Positions 36,432-54,989 of a stretch of 64,000 nucleotides of DNA are shown here, piece by piece. The translations under genes and the position numbers were made by a program. Source of the DNA: the human T2T-CHM13v2.0 reference genome, Homo sapiens; the NCBI RefSeq assembly GCF_009914755.1, contig NC_060927.1; one strand, given 5' to 3'. Under the pieces are notes generated by a model. The model was not told the origin of the DNA. It saw nothing but the letters and a program-made list of their open reading frames with translations, and ran no database searches. The first letter of the stretch is position 1; each line of letters starts with the position of its first letter.

Positions 36432-37230
36432 CTGGGAAGAAAGGGGAAAAAAAGGGGGAATGTGAAAATGGCCTAGCCCATTCCTTTTGTTATTTATACA
36501 AATCCTGGGAAAGAGATGAGCTGCCCTTAATAAAAATGGCTTTCTAGTGAAAAAAAGTCAGTTCTATAATAAGGTTCACTATGAATTCATGGGAATTTTG
36601 ATTTCTATGTTTTTAAAACCACCACCATTAAACATTTCAAATTTCAGAACTGTCTCTTAAGTATGTACTATGCATAAGCTATTTTATTAATGCTGCAATA
36701 GATACAAAGTTGGAATAACACATAGTCCCTGTACTAGGAGTTTAGAATCCAGAAGAGTGGGTAAGGGTAAGAGATACAGAGAGAAACAAAGGCAAAGGAA
36801 GAAGAGATTTTCTGTTCATCATTATAACCTCAGGGCCTGGCAGGTATCAGGGGCCTGGTGAATGGATGGGATGAACACAAAAACATTCCTGGAAGAGGTG
36901 GTATTCTAGATGTTCTTTGAAAGGGATATAGTATTCTAATAAGCAAGAGGATGGCATACAGTGTTCAAAGTTATTTATGCTTCTAACTTATATCTAATAC
37001 TTGAATTCATAAAGTACTGAGGTTTTCTTAAAACAAATAGAGGCCTACAGATCATGTTCTAGGAGAAAGTGTATTGCTCTGAATTATATAATTTTCATAT
37101 TATCTTTTCAATTGATGTGATATAGAAAACCACATCCAACACTTAAATAAAACCTCACCATTCCATGTAAGAAAATCCGCCAAACAGAAAACTTTCCCTT
37201 GACAAATGGAGTAAACAAGAAGGGAAAGTA

Positions 37231-37335
37231 TTAGGTTGGTGCAAAAGTAATTGCGGCTTTTGCCAAAAACTGCAATTACCTTGGTGCAAAAGTAATTGCA
37301 GTTCAAAAACCGCAATAACTTTTGCACGAACCTAA
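37231..37335. mobile_element. MADE1 (Hsmar1 MITE) with internal duplication
   Basis: TA TSDs; TIRs ttaggttggtgcaaaagtaattgcgg / ccgcaataacttttgcacgaacctaa. Confidence 0.92.
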
Positions 37336-37448
37336 TATCTAAATCAAGGTAGACTTCAGGTCTAAATCTGGAAAGACTTATCTTTTCCAGATTTAGAGCT
37401 GAAATATTAATGTACAATACTGAAGAATCATTTCCAAATTCAACTCAC

Positions 37449-37520
37449 CTAGTATTAGATTTGTGGCAGGAACTCGCACTTGATTAAAATGGATCTCAAA
37501 ATGTCCTCCATGAAAATTAT
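37449..37520 (-). CDS. ACAD11: ACAD11 exon (72 bp): (D)NFHGGHFEIHFNQVRVPATNLIL(G)
   Basis: tatAG acceptor, GTGAGT donor; ACAD FxxVRVP motif; phase 1/1. Confidence 0.95.
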
Positions 37521-38508
37521 CTATAAAATAGAAAATAAAATTTAGAGCAAAAGGAGTTGACTAAAAAAGAGTCACATATTCTTAATCTGCTGAAATATAA
37601 TTACTTGAAGAAAATAGGATTTCAAAGATCCATATGGCATGAACATTCTGAGGTAAGCCTCAGCCCTGAACCCCAGGACCCAGCAGCCCAGAAAACTCAT
37701 CAACTGTTCAAGAAGAGAAACCCTTTGATCCAGATGTTTTCTAATTCATTCTCTGAAGTACAATTTCAGAGAGCTAGGAAAAAGGAAGACCAGGCTCCAT
37801 AGATCCAGCCAGAGTATTTTATTTGTTTTATTATTGCTGCTTCTTTGAAATATTTTACATATGGGGTTCCAAACAATTTGCATGGAAAAAAGTTTCAATG
37901 TTTCAAAAATTAAAAATGAGTAATGTAATCCATGTTTCTTATTTTATCATTGTGGAAACCAACGCCTAAAGATGACAGGGGCCTGCTTGAGGGGAAAGAG
38001 CAGGCTTGGCATTAGTGATGATACAGAAACTAGACCTTCAGGTAGGTTTACTCCCAGTCTAGACTTGTTCCACTGTGTGTTCGTCTCTTGAAAATACTGG
38101 CATTTGAAACACTGAGGCCAGGAACACGTTCACATTTTATCTTTGCATCACCCCTTCTCCCTGCCAAGTTTTAGAGATAATCTCATGCTAACTCTACACC
38201 CTTTTCCTGTCAGAGGAGACAATAATCAGCCTTCTCCACACTGTTTCTTTTGGCCCTGGACACAGGGAGTTGGAGAGGTGCTAGTAAAGTTTTCATACTG
38301 AATAATCAAATGTAGCCTCTGCAATGGAAATTATTTGCAGCTCAACTATATTATAAACGCATTTTTGGTATCTTTGCGGCCGTTTCGCTGCAACCCAACA
38401 ATTTCCTACATGCAATTTTCTCCAGCAAGCTTGCTCATCCCATCTTGCCACCTATGCTTACCCTGTGGGTATACCCTACAGCTGCATCTTAACTGATAAG
38501 TGATTCTA

Positions 38509-38760
<252 letters not shown>

Positions 38761-39300
38761 TTAGCAAATATTTATTGTACACAATGAACACGTGCCACAG
38801 TAGGTGGCAGGAAACAAATGGATCTTTGCTTCTTAGAAGTCCCACCCAAGGGCAGAGGAAGGAAAATTTTGCACTCAAATAAGTCAAAAACTCATTGCTT
38901 TTTAACAGTTCTTGTAAGTTGATTGATTAAGAGGGCTAAAATTGGAGATAAAAATAATTTTATTGTGGATTATCTGTGCATTAATCCATTTTTATGAATG
39001 ACAGAGAAAAGACTGGTAGTGTTGCTCTTCCTTAAATACAATCTGCCCTTTCCCAAAAAGGCAGAATTTATATTCTATAAATTCTATAATTTATATAATT
39101 ATAAATTACATAAATGCTATACTATTTCTTTTTATTGGCTCTACTCTGAACTCCACCAGCATTTATATTAAGACAGTTGTCACAGACAAAGGAATATCTA
39201 AGAATCTATCTTATGCATTAAAATGCTATTGCCTTCAATGTTACTGCATATTCTAGCCTTCCTGCTTGCTAATGCATGGTCATATTTATTGGATACCTAC

Positions 39301-39386
39301 CTGTGTAGCCAAAAACTGACAAAGGCCTTATTATTTTTACTCCAGGTGTGTTCATGGGAACAAGAATCATGCTGTGCTGTTTGTGT
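39301..39386 (-). CDS. ACAD11: ACAD11 exon (86 bp): (R)[28 protein letters not shown](D)
   Basis: ctAG acceptor, GTAGGT donor; phase 2 to 1; ACAD middle-domain TPGV motif. Confidence 0.95.
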
Positions 39387-39996
39387 CTAGTCAAAAGAAA
39401 AATTGTATTAGAAAAAGTTTGCTAAGAAGAAAAATAAAACAGATAATAAGCAGAATCACAATTGTCTTTTTGATGTTTTCATGTAGTCATGTAAGCAGTG
39501 ATGACTGGAATGGGAACTGTGTAAAAGACGTACACCAACATAGTCTGATGCAGGCTGTGATCTGGAACAGAAACAATGATTTGAAAATAAATGAGTTGTT
39601 TGATTGAAGCTTCTCACTGCTCAACAATGGTAACTGGGAACTTATATATATAATTAAACATTTCAAGATTATTGCCTTTGATCTAAACATCTAATCACTT
39701 CATTACACAGGTCTGAAAAAATTTGTCTGATAATTTAATCCAAACAGCTTTGATAATTTAGCAACACTTTCTAATACTGAAAATTCCACAGCGAAGAATG
39801 TTCAGCAATACTCCCTATAATGTTTTCCAAAAACACCTGTTAGAAAATACTTGTGAAATACAAATATATGACATTTACTCTCATATCTTACATTATGATT
39901 TGTGAGTCCAAACAGTGAATTTTAAGTAAATTACCTAGATAGGAGGAAGACTGGCTCATTCCTACACAGGTTTCTCAATCAGAATTGTTTAATTAC

Positions 39997-40063
39997 CTGG
40001 AGAGAGAAGTATTTTGAGTTCTTCCCAAAACAATTGCAATTTTGCACTTGGGATTCCCAGCTC
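39997..40063 (-). CDS. ACAD11: ACAD11 exon (67 bp): (G)AGNPKCKIAIVLGRTQNTSLS(R)
   Basis: ttttAG acceptor, GTAATT donor; phase 1 to 2; continues the frame. Confidence 0.95.
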
Positions 40064-40799
40064 CTAAAACCAAGGGGAACACAAGCAGATTATAAAAGGA
40101 AATTTCTAGTTTGACATTTCACCTTGAAGGTTCTAATCCTTCCCACTTTACCTATGTCAGAAAACAAATAGAGAGAACATTCCTGATTCATTAAGATAAT
40201 AATTCTTTTGTAACACTCTATATCATCCAAGAAAAATGATTAGGCAAGGCCAAGAATGGACCCCATCAATGAAAGCTGCTACACAAAAATAACCAGAAGT
40301 CAAAGCAGCATGAAAGAACTGCCACCTCTCCCATTTACACCATTTCAGACATCAGCATGCTAGAAAAGCTGAGAAATTTTATATGTCTAATATAATATTT
40401 TATATGTCAACGTATATGAGGCTGTGATCCCACTTTCAATAAGCCTGGTTCTTTTATTAATTTCTTAAGGGTCAAATTTTAAAAATATTTTTTCATTTTA
40501 ATGCAAAATTTTATTTTATCACAGTTCAGGGGTCTGTGGCAATTGCCTACAAGGGTCTTTTTGCAAAAATTACTTTTAATGTTTACTAGTAAGTCTAGTC
40601 CCTTGGGAAAACTACCATTTGACTAGATTTTCAATTACAAGGCTGCACACAACTGGATCAGATTAAGTTAAACACATCTGTACAAAGTCTCAAACAAATG
40701 ATCGGATTCTTTTTTCTGATTTATTATAAAAAGAGGTTTGAGGAGATTTGAAATCATATAAAGATTTAATGAGAAATGTTAGGAATGATGTCAAATAGT

Positions 40800-42000
40800 T
40801 GAATAATATTATAAAATTCCAGGAGTTAAAAGGATAAACTCCATGGAACATATTAAAGGACATTGCAGGAATGTAATCAGTAAAGTTCAGACTGTGGGAA
40901 ATCTATAAGACAACTAATCCAGTTTCTTCAACAATTAAATTGCAATAAAAAGAAAAAAGAGAGATAGAGAAGTAGCTTGTAAGATCAAAAGAGAGAGACC
41001 TAAAAGGCGTATCAACCAACAGCAATTTTTAGACCTTACTTAGATCCTAATTCAATCAAACAAAATAAAAAGTATTAATGGTAATTATTAAGCAATTAGA
41101 AATGTGAATAGTTATTGGAAATGTCATGATATTAAGTAATTTTAGGTGTGCTAATGGTATTGTGGTTACATTTTTTAAAGAGCCCTTACAGAGACACATA
41201 CTAAAATATTTGGGAAAGAAATGACATGATGTCTGAGATTTATTTCAAAATATTATGGGAAGAAGATGGGCAGAAGTTAATAACAGATGAAACCTCAACC
41301 AGCTACCCTTTCTTTTCTCTTAAGTGTGAATAGAAAACCAAGAATCTGTAGTATGTAAAAAGAACCTGCAATATTAAAGAGAATGACTGGCCAAAAATGT
41401 AAGAGACACTTAGAGCCAAAACATGAAGTCTAACATCAGAGTAAAAGGAGTCAAATAAAGAGAAAACAGAGAAAAACAGAGGGAATAATTTATTGAAGAA
41501 ATGAGCAGAAGAACATTTTCTAGAACTGAAGAAAAACATCTTCAGATTGAAAAAGCCATTGACTAGCAAGAAGAATCTATTAGATAAATGCTTGTGACAT
41601 TTCAAAACATCAACAAAGAAGAGGAAATCTTAAAAGGTTTCAGAGAGAATAAAACAAGCCAACTAAAAGGACCGAGGATTAGTCTGGCATCAGACTTCTC
41701 AACAACCACCAGGGATGCTAGATGAAAATGAATAGTTCAACTTAGAATTTTATACTTGTCCAAACTATCAATTTATGTAATGGAAGAATAAATACATATT
41801 CAGATATGTAAGATCTCAGAGAATTTAACTATTATGTACTTTTTCTCAAAAAATTAAGAATATACTCGAGCAAAATAAGGGAGTAAGTCAAGAGAAAGGA
41901 AGTCTTAGAATCCAAAAGATAATGGATCCCAGGAAAGTATTATCTGAAAATCCTAGAATAATTGCATCAAAGTATGCCTAAAGGGTAATCAGTCCAGATT
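40800..42000 (+). mobile_element. Ancient L1M fragments (3' UTR-like and ORF1-like)
   Basis: ggcatcagacttctcaacaacc ORF1 signature; gtgtgctaatggtattgtggtta 3'-end signature. Confidence 0.55.
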
Positions 42001-43443
42001 GGAAAATAAATACTAAAGTCTTCAAGAGAGAAGTCTCCAGGAAAGAAAGTCAATAGAAGTAAAGGTGCAATCTAGAGATGTGTGTATATGTAAGGGGAAG
42101 GAGATATTATAAAAGCAAATAATGCAAATAAAGAGACATGGCAATTAGAAACTCCAGGAAAATAATGTTGAAATGCACAAGTGAACTGTGGTCCAAATAT
42201 AAAATAATGTGACATGAATTTAATATATAGTATATGAGAAAAGCATTCTAATTGACCTTGATTCTAGAAACAGTCCTCAGAATGGCCCAGGTGATTTTAT
42301 ATTGCATCAGTTACAGAAGGACACAAAACTAACACACTACTTAGGCCAGCATCAAACAATATTTACATGGTCCTCTAAGATAAGTGCTATGTATTGGTTT
42401 TCAAAGTTTACAGTTATCCTGTAGTCAACTACAGTTGTGGCTGCAAGACAGAATATAAATATTAGTAATCCTGAAAATGTGAAAGTATAAGCTGTAGCTG
42501 ATACAAGTTACAATAAGAAAGGGAGGGATAAAGAGTGTAGAAAGGGTTAAGAGTATACATATTCTTATATTAAAGTAGAGCTTGAATAGAATCTGTGAAA
42601 TGAGGATGCAGAGAACTTTAACAATTATTTGAGGTTTAAAAAATAAAAAAACAACAAAAAACAATGTAATAAGATAAATACGTTAAGAAAGAGCAGAGAG
42701 AGTTATGAGACAAATGAGTGAAATTGTCATTATTCAAATTGGAGAGCCAATGGATACTGTCTAAAATGAATAAATTAAGAAAGAGAAAAAATATTTTATC
42801 TACAATTATAATGGAAACCAGAGAACTACAAACAGAAACTGTTAAAAAAAAAAAAAGAGTTTTCTGTAGGGCATGATGTTTGGATGTGGGGACATGGGAA
42901 ACAATGCTCTCAGATATTTTTTCCTTTGTTACTACTTCTAACTGGGTAATAATGACTTTAAAAACATTAAAGAAAAAAACCCATCTTGTAAACAAATCTG
43001 TGGATTCCCAAGTAGGAGACTGAGAGGCTTGTTGAGTGAACTACAATGTTTTATTTTTCTTTCTGAATTTGCTTTTAATCTGAATATCTAATCTGAGGGC
43101 TGTGGAGGAGTCATTTCCCCACTTCTATGTAATACATAACTCCAGAAATCCTACATGCACACTCTGTCTGACAAAATGCTAAAACTGATTTAAAAAAAAA
43201 ACACCTAAAATAGATATTATCTGAGAAAGGGAGGGAAGGAGAGGAAGGCAGTGTGCCTAAAATGGGTGACTCTGTTCACCTCCAGGCTGGTGGTAGAATA
43301 AGGAGACACCTTAAACCGACTTAGAACTTGAATTGTAAGCCTGCTTTCTCCATAGTCACAGCCTCAGAGTTGTAAGAACATGCAATCATATATGCATATA
43401 AATGATTTTATCTACGACTAAAAAGGAAGAGAGAGGACTCTTA

Positions 43444-47006
<3,563 letters not shown>

Positions 47007-47247
47007 AACCACATGCATTAAATTGACCAAGAGATGTCCCACTGCAATCAGATACCAAATATGTTGGGCAAAATTATCTGTCCCATTTTTCCCCCAAATA
47101 CATGACTTATTGTCTATATTACATCTGAGAGAGAAAAACCATTTTCTCTACCCTTCTGGGCATTTGCTCCATCATCTTATTAGATAAAATAAGAAACTAT
47201 TATACTGAAAATAAATTTTCACTAAAAGAAAAATACAAGCATTTTCA

Positions 47248-47625
<378 letters not shown>

Positions 47626-47749
47626 AACTCTGGTACGTGCACTGACATTAGACAACAAAGACCCTTAATTCAGGTTAAACACATTTATTTTATATCAATC
47701 AAAAATAATTAGCAGTTTTAGAATTTTTAGTTTATTCTTTTTTCAAATG

Positions 47750-48830
47750 CAAATCTCTCCCTCTTGCCTCTTCTGGAACTCTAATCACACATATTTTAGA
47801 GTCCCTAGGATTGTTCATTTCTTTACATCTTTTCTTCATATTGGGTAATTTCTATTGTCTATCTTCAAGTTCGTTCATTCTTTCCTCTGTTATCTCCATT
47901 ATGTTATTAAGCCCAGTCAGTGAATTTCTTTTCAGATATTTTACCTTTAAGTTCTGATATTCCTACCTGGTTATTTTTTATGTTTTCTATTTCTCTTCTG
48001 ATATTTCTTAATGTTTTATTTTTCTTGACCTCAATGAGCACATTTATAATAGCTGCCTTAAGTCCTTGTCTGATGATTCCAACATTTGAATCATTTGGGT
48101 GTTGGCCTTCCCCCTTGAAAATGGGTCATGTTTTCCTTATTCTTCATTGGTTGAGCAATTTTAGATTGTATTCCGGACATTGTGATTTTTTTGTTTTGAA
48201 ACTCTGGATTCTGTCATATTCCTCCACAGAATGTTGATGGTTTTGTTTTGACAGGCAATTAACTTAGGTAGAGTAAAACTGCAGAGTCTATCACAATTCA
48301 GGTGGATGGGAAATCAAATTTCAGCGTAGTTCTTATTATTTAGCTGCAAGGTGCTTTGAGTTTGCCCTGCGCATTACTTTCATTCAGGAGTTAGCCAGAG
48401 ACCCAAGCAAAGTTTCCACATGAAAGCTGGAGCTCCCCTTTTCTGGCTTTTTCCTTTCCAGGAATACCCACCTCATTTCCCAGCAGTGATGGTTGCCCTA
48501 GACACTCTCCTCTGGTTCCTCAGGACACAGAGATCTGAGTTTTCTAAAGAAGCTTTAGCTTTCCTGTTCCACACTGTTTCCTCAGGCTAAAGTCTAAAAA
48601 TGAAAAACTCACCCTGTGCCCATCTCACTTTCCAAATTTTGACTCCCCTACAAAATCAGCTTGCCTTTGTTCACTTCCCTGAGAATTTCAGGCAGGCAGG
48701 TATGTATGTATGTATGTATGTATGTATGTATGCATGTAGGTATTTTGTAGCTTTTTAGCTGTTATCTGTGGGAAGGTTCATCTTAAGCACTTACTCCACC
48801 AGACTAGCGTAGAACTCCCCCAGAGTTCTT
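47750..48830 (-). mobile_element. Ancient L1M 5'-region fragment
   Basis: tctattgtctatcttcaagttc, gagcacatttataatagctg antisense L1 signatures. Confidence 0.6.
48701..48738. repeat. (TATG)n microsatellite
   Basis: About 8 TATG units. Confidence 0.9.
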
Positions 48831-49411
48831 ACCTTTAAACTTTGCCAAAAATCAGGTCTTCACTTACCCAGTGTTATAATTTCTTATACATTCATTAATA
48901 TTTGAATACAAATATACATTTTTATTCATGACAAATATATGAGTTTTATTTATCAGCTGAAGTTTGAGAAATGCAATGCTCACTTCAAAATGATCACATA
49001 AGCAGAACTAGAAATCTTAGCTCTAAAATTTCAAAACCAATAAAACCAAGAGCTTAAAATTCTAATCTCCTCCATTATTCCATACTATAAATAACATACG
49101 TAAAATATAGTTAAGATTGAAATGCAACGGCTTTAAAACTGTTGCTTATAATTTAGATTCCTTCAAATTTAATGGAATCTTGTTTTAATCAGTTCAGAAA
49201 GGACCATCCTCATTTGTACTAATGAGAAAAGATCCCCCATTCACATATTTCAAAGTTAAGTTTTAAAAATCTTAAATGTCATATTCTTCACAGTAACTCT
49301 ATTTGGCTTTCCTAATTTATCCAAACGTCTAAATTTTCAAATTGTTTATCATTGTTTATATTTACAGAAATATGTCCTTTTGATTTTATAGATGCTAACA
49401 GGTAAAGAAAC

Positions 49412-49772
49412 TGCTATGGTCTGAATGTATATGTCACCCCCTAGAAGTCATGTTTTGGAATCCTAACCCCCAAGCTGATTTTATGTGGAGATGAAGCCTT
49501 TGGTCCGAAAGGCGGTGATTAAGTGATTAAAATGCAATTAGTGTATTTATCAAAGAGGCCTGAGAGAGCTTGGTCACCTTTTTCACTATATGAGGACAGA
49601 ACAAGAAGGTGCCATCTATGAACCAGAATGCAGGCCCTCACCAGGCACCAACTCTATTGGTGCCTTGTTCTTAGACTTTTCAGCCTCTAGAACCATGAGA
49701 AATACATTTTTGTTGTTTAGAAGTTACCTAATTAATGGTGTTGTGTAATAGTGGCCTGAATGGACTATGACA
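49412..49772 (+). mobile_element. MaLR MLT1A-type solo LTR
   Basis: tgctatggtctgaatgt...tggactatgaca. Confidence 0.82.
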
Positions 49773-50224
49773 AAATTCCACTAATCTGAGGACCAACCCA
49801 AAGAACATTAGGATGATTTAATGGCAGATGACAATACTTACCTTTCATTGTGGATCTTACCTAAATGACTTATCTGGAAATGCTCAGTTGGGGTAATCTT
49901 TTATCCCTGGCTATGCAATAATATGCAATCATGCTTTGATTCTTAGTTAGAAATTATAGAGGAAGAATCATTTACAGAGCGTTCACTTCTAATTTTTCAA
50001 CTGGATATTTTTCTACTTGGGACTATCTTTGAGGTTTTAGTTGTAGGAAGCCTTGGCCAGTGCCTCTCTAGATGCCTACAGGCTGAAGGATCAACGCTAC
50101 TTGCCCCACATAATGCATTGTGTGGGCATACTCCATGGTGGGCATACTTCTGAAAATCAGATTAGGACATAACAACATGATTTGAGGTTCATTTTCATTA
50201 GAAATATTTTCTTTAAAAAAAGCA

Positions 50225-51880
50225 AACTTTTATTTTAGGTTTGGGGGGTAAATGTGAAGGTTTGTTACATAGGTGAACTTGTGTCATTAGGGTTTGTTGC
50301 ACAGATTATTTCACCACCCAGGTATTAAGCCCAGTACCCAATTGTTATCTTTTCTGCTCCTTTCCCTCCTCCCACCCTCCACCCTCAAGCAGACCTCTGT
50401 GTCTGTTGTTTCCTTGTTTGCGTTCGTAAGTTCTCATCATTTAGTTCCCACTTATAAGTGAGAACATGCGGTATTTGTTCTTGTGCTAATTTGCTAAGGA
50501 TAATAGCCTCCAGCTCCATCCATGTTCCTGCAAAAGACATGATCTCATTCTTTTTAATGACTGCATAGTATTCCATGGTGTATATGTACCACATATTCTT
50601 TATCCAATCTGTCATTGATGGGCATTTAGGTTGATTCCATTGTGAGTAGTGCTGCAATGAACATTCACATGCATATGTCTTTATGGTAGAATAATTTCTG
50701 TTCCTTTGGGTATATACCCAGTAATGGGATTGCTGGGTTGAATGGTAGTTCTGGGTTTTTTGTTTTTGTTTTTGGATTTTTTTGAGACAGTCTCACTCTG
50801 TTGCCAAGGCTGGAGTAGAGTGGCGCGATCTCAGCTCACTGCAATCTCCCTGCTCCCAGGTTCAAGTGATTCTCGTGCCTTGGCCTCCTGAGTAGCTGGG
50901 ATTACAGGCATGGCCACCATGCTTGGCTAATTTTTGTATTTTGGGGTTTTGCCATGTTGGCCAGGCTGGTCTCAAACTCCTCGCCTCAAGTGATCCTCCC
51001 GCCTTAGCCCCCCAAAGTGCTGGGATTACAGGCATGATCCACCGTGCCCGGCCAGTAGTTCTGTATTTAGCTCTCTGGGGAATCTCCATACTGCTTTCCA
51101 CAATGGTTGAACTAATTCACACTCCCACCAACAGTGTATTAAGTGTTCCTTTTTTTCTACAACCTCACCCGCATCTGTTATTTTTTGACTTTTTAATAAT
51201 AGCCATCCTGACTGGCGTGAGATGGTATCTCATTGTGATTTTGATTTGCATTTCTCTAATGATCAGTGATATTGAGGTTTCTTTCATATTTTGTTGGCTG
51301 CATATATATCTTCCTTTGAAAAGTTTCTGTTCATGTCATTCGCCCACTTTTTAATGAGATTGTTTTTCTCTTGTAAATTTGTTCAAGTTCCTTATAGATG
51401 CTGGATATTGGACCTTTGTCAGATACATAGTTTGCAAATATTTTCTTCCATTCTGTAGGTTGTCTGCTCACTCTGCTGATAGTTTCTTTTGCTATGCAGA
51501 AGCTCTTAAGTTTAATTAGATCTCACTTGTCAATTTTTGCTTTTGCTGTGATTGCCTTTGGTGTCTTTGTCATGTACCCTTTGCCCACCCCTATGTCTAG
51601 GACAGTATTGCCTAGGTCATCTTCCAGGGTTTTTATAGTTTTGGGTTTTACATTTAAGTCTCTAATTCATTTTGAATTAACTTTTGTATATGGTGTAAGG
51701 TAGGGGTCCAGCTTCAATCTTCTGCATATGGCTAGCCAGTTATCCCAGCACTATCTATAGAATAGGGAGTCTTTTCCCCACTGCTTGTTTTTGTCAGCCT
51801 TGTCAAAGATCAGATGGTCATAGGTGAGCAGCCTTATTTCTGGGCTCTATTCTGTTCCATTGGTCTATGTGCCCATTTTC
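50225..51880 (-). mobile_element. 5'-truncated L1PA interrupted by an Alu (50760-51053)
   Basis: Antisense L1 3' end; TSD agaaatattttcttt / agagatatttttcttt. Confidence 0.88.
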
Positions 51881-52114
51881 AGAGATATTTTTCTTTCTCT
51901 ACTTTCCATTCTGGCAATCAAGAACATCTGGGTAAATCTTTCAAGGTTTCACTGATGCTAGCTATCCAGCATCAGTGAGCTGAAGTAAAATCTTCTAATT
52001 CCTTTGAACCCTGGTCTAAAGCCCTCTTTTTCGAATATTCAGAATATATAATTTTGTATCTAATATTTCCCAATATTACTTCTTACCTCATTCTTTCTAT
52101 CATTTAAAAATGTT

Positions 52115-52420
52115 GGCCGGGCATGATGACTCATATCTGTAATCCCAGAATTTTGGGAGGCTGAAGTGGCAGGATCGCTTGAGCTCAAGAGTTTGAAACC
52201 AGCCCGGGCAACCTAGCGACACCTCGTCTATACAAAAAAATTTAAAAATTCACCAAGCACGGTGCAGCACATCTGTAGTCCCAGCTACTCAGGATGTTGA
52301 GATGGCAGGACTGTTTGAGCCCCGGGAAGTCAAGGTTGCAGTGAGCCGTGATCATGCCACTGCATTCTAGCCTAGGCAATAGAGTGAGATTTTGTCTCCA
52401 AACAAAGCAAAGAAACAAAA
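52115..52420 (+). mobile_element. AluJ-like element
   Basis: TSD aaaaatgttg. Confidence 0.9.
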
Positions 52421-54989
52421 ATGTTGCCACAGCCTTATATAAATGCCCAATAGATTTCCGATACCAGGTAAATTTTGAAGAAACTCAAGAAGTAAGGCAA
52501 ATAATTCTTTGATTCTGTCTTCCTCAATCTTATATGGAGAACAATTAATATTCTAAAAAATACAATTTTTAAGTTGGATGTCTGTTGTCATCATGAAGTA
52601 GAGGAAGTAAGGGTGAATACATAGTTTGTAGAATTTGAAATATTTGTATTTAACAATGATGTTTCAGAAAAATGAGAAAAACCCTTCCCAAAGATATCAT
52701 CTCCCCTTAGCTACAAGCAGAATTTGGCAAGTGCAGCAGTTGAAACAACCTTCTTTTATAGAGAGTTTTGCTTGTTTGTGTCATTTTAGTTAATGAACAA
52801 GATACCCAATGTCATAAATAAAATATATTAGAGGAAATCTGAATAGAACAGAGAACATTTAAACATATATGCTGTGTCACAGGCCTTCATGAATGAAAAC
52901 AGATGGCTTAGATAAAGTAATTTTGTTTTTAATCCAGACACTGTGGTATTTCAAGGCTGTTCAAGTGCCAGGATTAAGTCAGGCTAAAAATTACATCTCC
53001 CTGATGTTAGTTGATGATTTTTAATTTCTTAGGCTTTTACCCACAAAATCATTTTCTAACAAAAGGAGAGATGATAGGTGGATAAAAAAACATGACCTTT
53101 GAGTATAGTGTGGTTTGTAACAATTAAGAAAGTGATGTAAACAATTACATACTATGAAGCATAGATAGCCATCCACAAATTCTCAAGGCCGTTTCTTCTA
53201 CCAACATAGAATTTCTGAGGTAGAACACCTGAACTTCATTTGGTTTTAGCTTTAATACTAACAATTCAAATTGGAGTAAGTACTATTTTACAATAAAATT
53301 TCCCTTATATGAAAAAAGATGTTCATTGTACAATCCCACAGTTAAAGAAAAAAAATCCCATGTGTTCTCTTAGAGTGTGTGTTATTTTTAACAGGGAAAT
53401 CTTCAAAATTCACTGAATCCATCTCTAGGTTTACATCTAAATAATAAGAATTAAGTAATAATGTTACAAGCTGCTGCTATTACTGTTGTTACTATAGAAA
53501 ATGGTTAGATCAAAATAAATCCCAAATAGAGCAGAGTTGAAAATTAAAAAAAACCAAGACATAAAAAAACTAGAAGAAAAATAATATAATATTTATTAAA
53601 TCTCTGGGTGAGAAAGGATTTTAAAACTTAAAAATGATAAATGAAATCAAAATCAGACAAAGATCAATTGGTTTGTCTATATAAAACTGCTGTACATTAG
53701 AAAATAAAATTTAAAAGCAAAAAAAAATTGGGGGGGAATGTTTCAACATTTATGACAAAATGTATGCAATACTTAGCTCCCTAAATTATAAAGAACACCT
53801 AAAAATCAGTATACAGATGGGCAAAGAACACAATTGCAAAAAGAGGAAATAAGAATAATAAAAGAGATTTTTAAAATTGCTTAACTTTACCACTAATCAA
53901 ATAAACGTGGAGTACAGCAATAATGAAAACATTCAAAAGCAGTTTATTATCCAGTATTCCACACATGCCTGGCAAGGGTAGGTAAGGGGTGCTGAATTTG
54001 TTACAAGTCATTTAGAAAGCAAAGTGGTAGTAAAACAACACATTCTATTGACAATATTTTAGAAAAACAGACATTTCTATACATTATTGGTAGAGAACAA
54101 AGTAATACCATCCCTATGGAATACAATTTGGCAATATTCATCAAAATTACAGATTCATCCCAGCACTTTTGTTGGCCAGGATGGGTGGATTGTTTGAGTC
54201 TAGGAGTTGGAGGCCAGGCTGGGCAACATAGCAAAATGACAGTACAAGAGGAGGGATGAGAAGAGGGTGTGGGGAGAGAGATTCTTCAAGAACAAGGGAC
54301 ATTGCTATGTTAGGGAGGTTAAGAGTAGGAGCCAATTTATGGTAAGCAGCAAAATGGAATCATAGTCAGTTCTAAGGAATATGAGAAGTAGAAGAGAGCT
54401 AAAGAAGCATCAAGTAAGTACTTTGAAAAGTTGCCTAAGGTGAGTGATGCTTCTGCCTACCCTCTAAGCTACATGATTATTTCACGTATTTTGTCAAATT
54501 TCCCTATTACCACTGTCTCTCCTAGTTCTATCAGGAGAAAAGGGAAAATACAGGAAAAGGCCAGCCAGTCAGCTAGTTTCACCATGATTCATACACTATG
54601 ATTTATACACAGCATTCATACACACGCTACCAGAGGAAGCTGCTCAATCCTGAGATCCCCTATGCCTCAAGGGCTTTGTATGTGTCTGAATTAGCAAAAA
54701 CAATGTGTAAATTCAAAAGATGTAAAGATTATAGCATTACAACCGATTTGCAATAAAGGAATCCCATTTACAAAAAAGCTTATGGTTGTTGGGGGTGGGG
54801 TAAATAAAGGAAAGGGATAGATACTTTTGAATCTATAAAAGAGTATCAAGATTCTATAATAGATGGCATCATAAAATAAAGAGATATAAGAGATAAGATG
54901 ATAAAATAGACTAAAGATCTGAATTTAGAACTCCAGCTCCATTGCTAAACTTTATGTCTGTGGAGGATAAGTTACTTAAATATCAGTTG

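Noticed and set aside
39495-39551. Box C/D-like pattern (gca-GTGATGA...CTGA-tgc)
   Set aside because: On the plus strand, antisense to the only host transcript here; very short, with a 3-bp stem and no clear C'/D' boxes or guide; likely chance
51949-51978. 11-bp-stem hairpin tcactgatgct/agcatcagtga
   Set aside because: Short and isolated, too small for a pre-miRNA; plausible by chance
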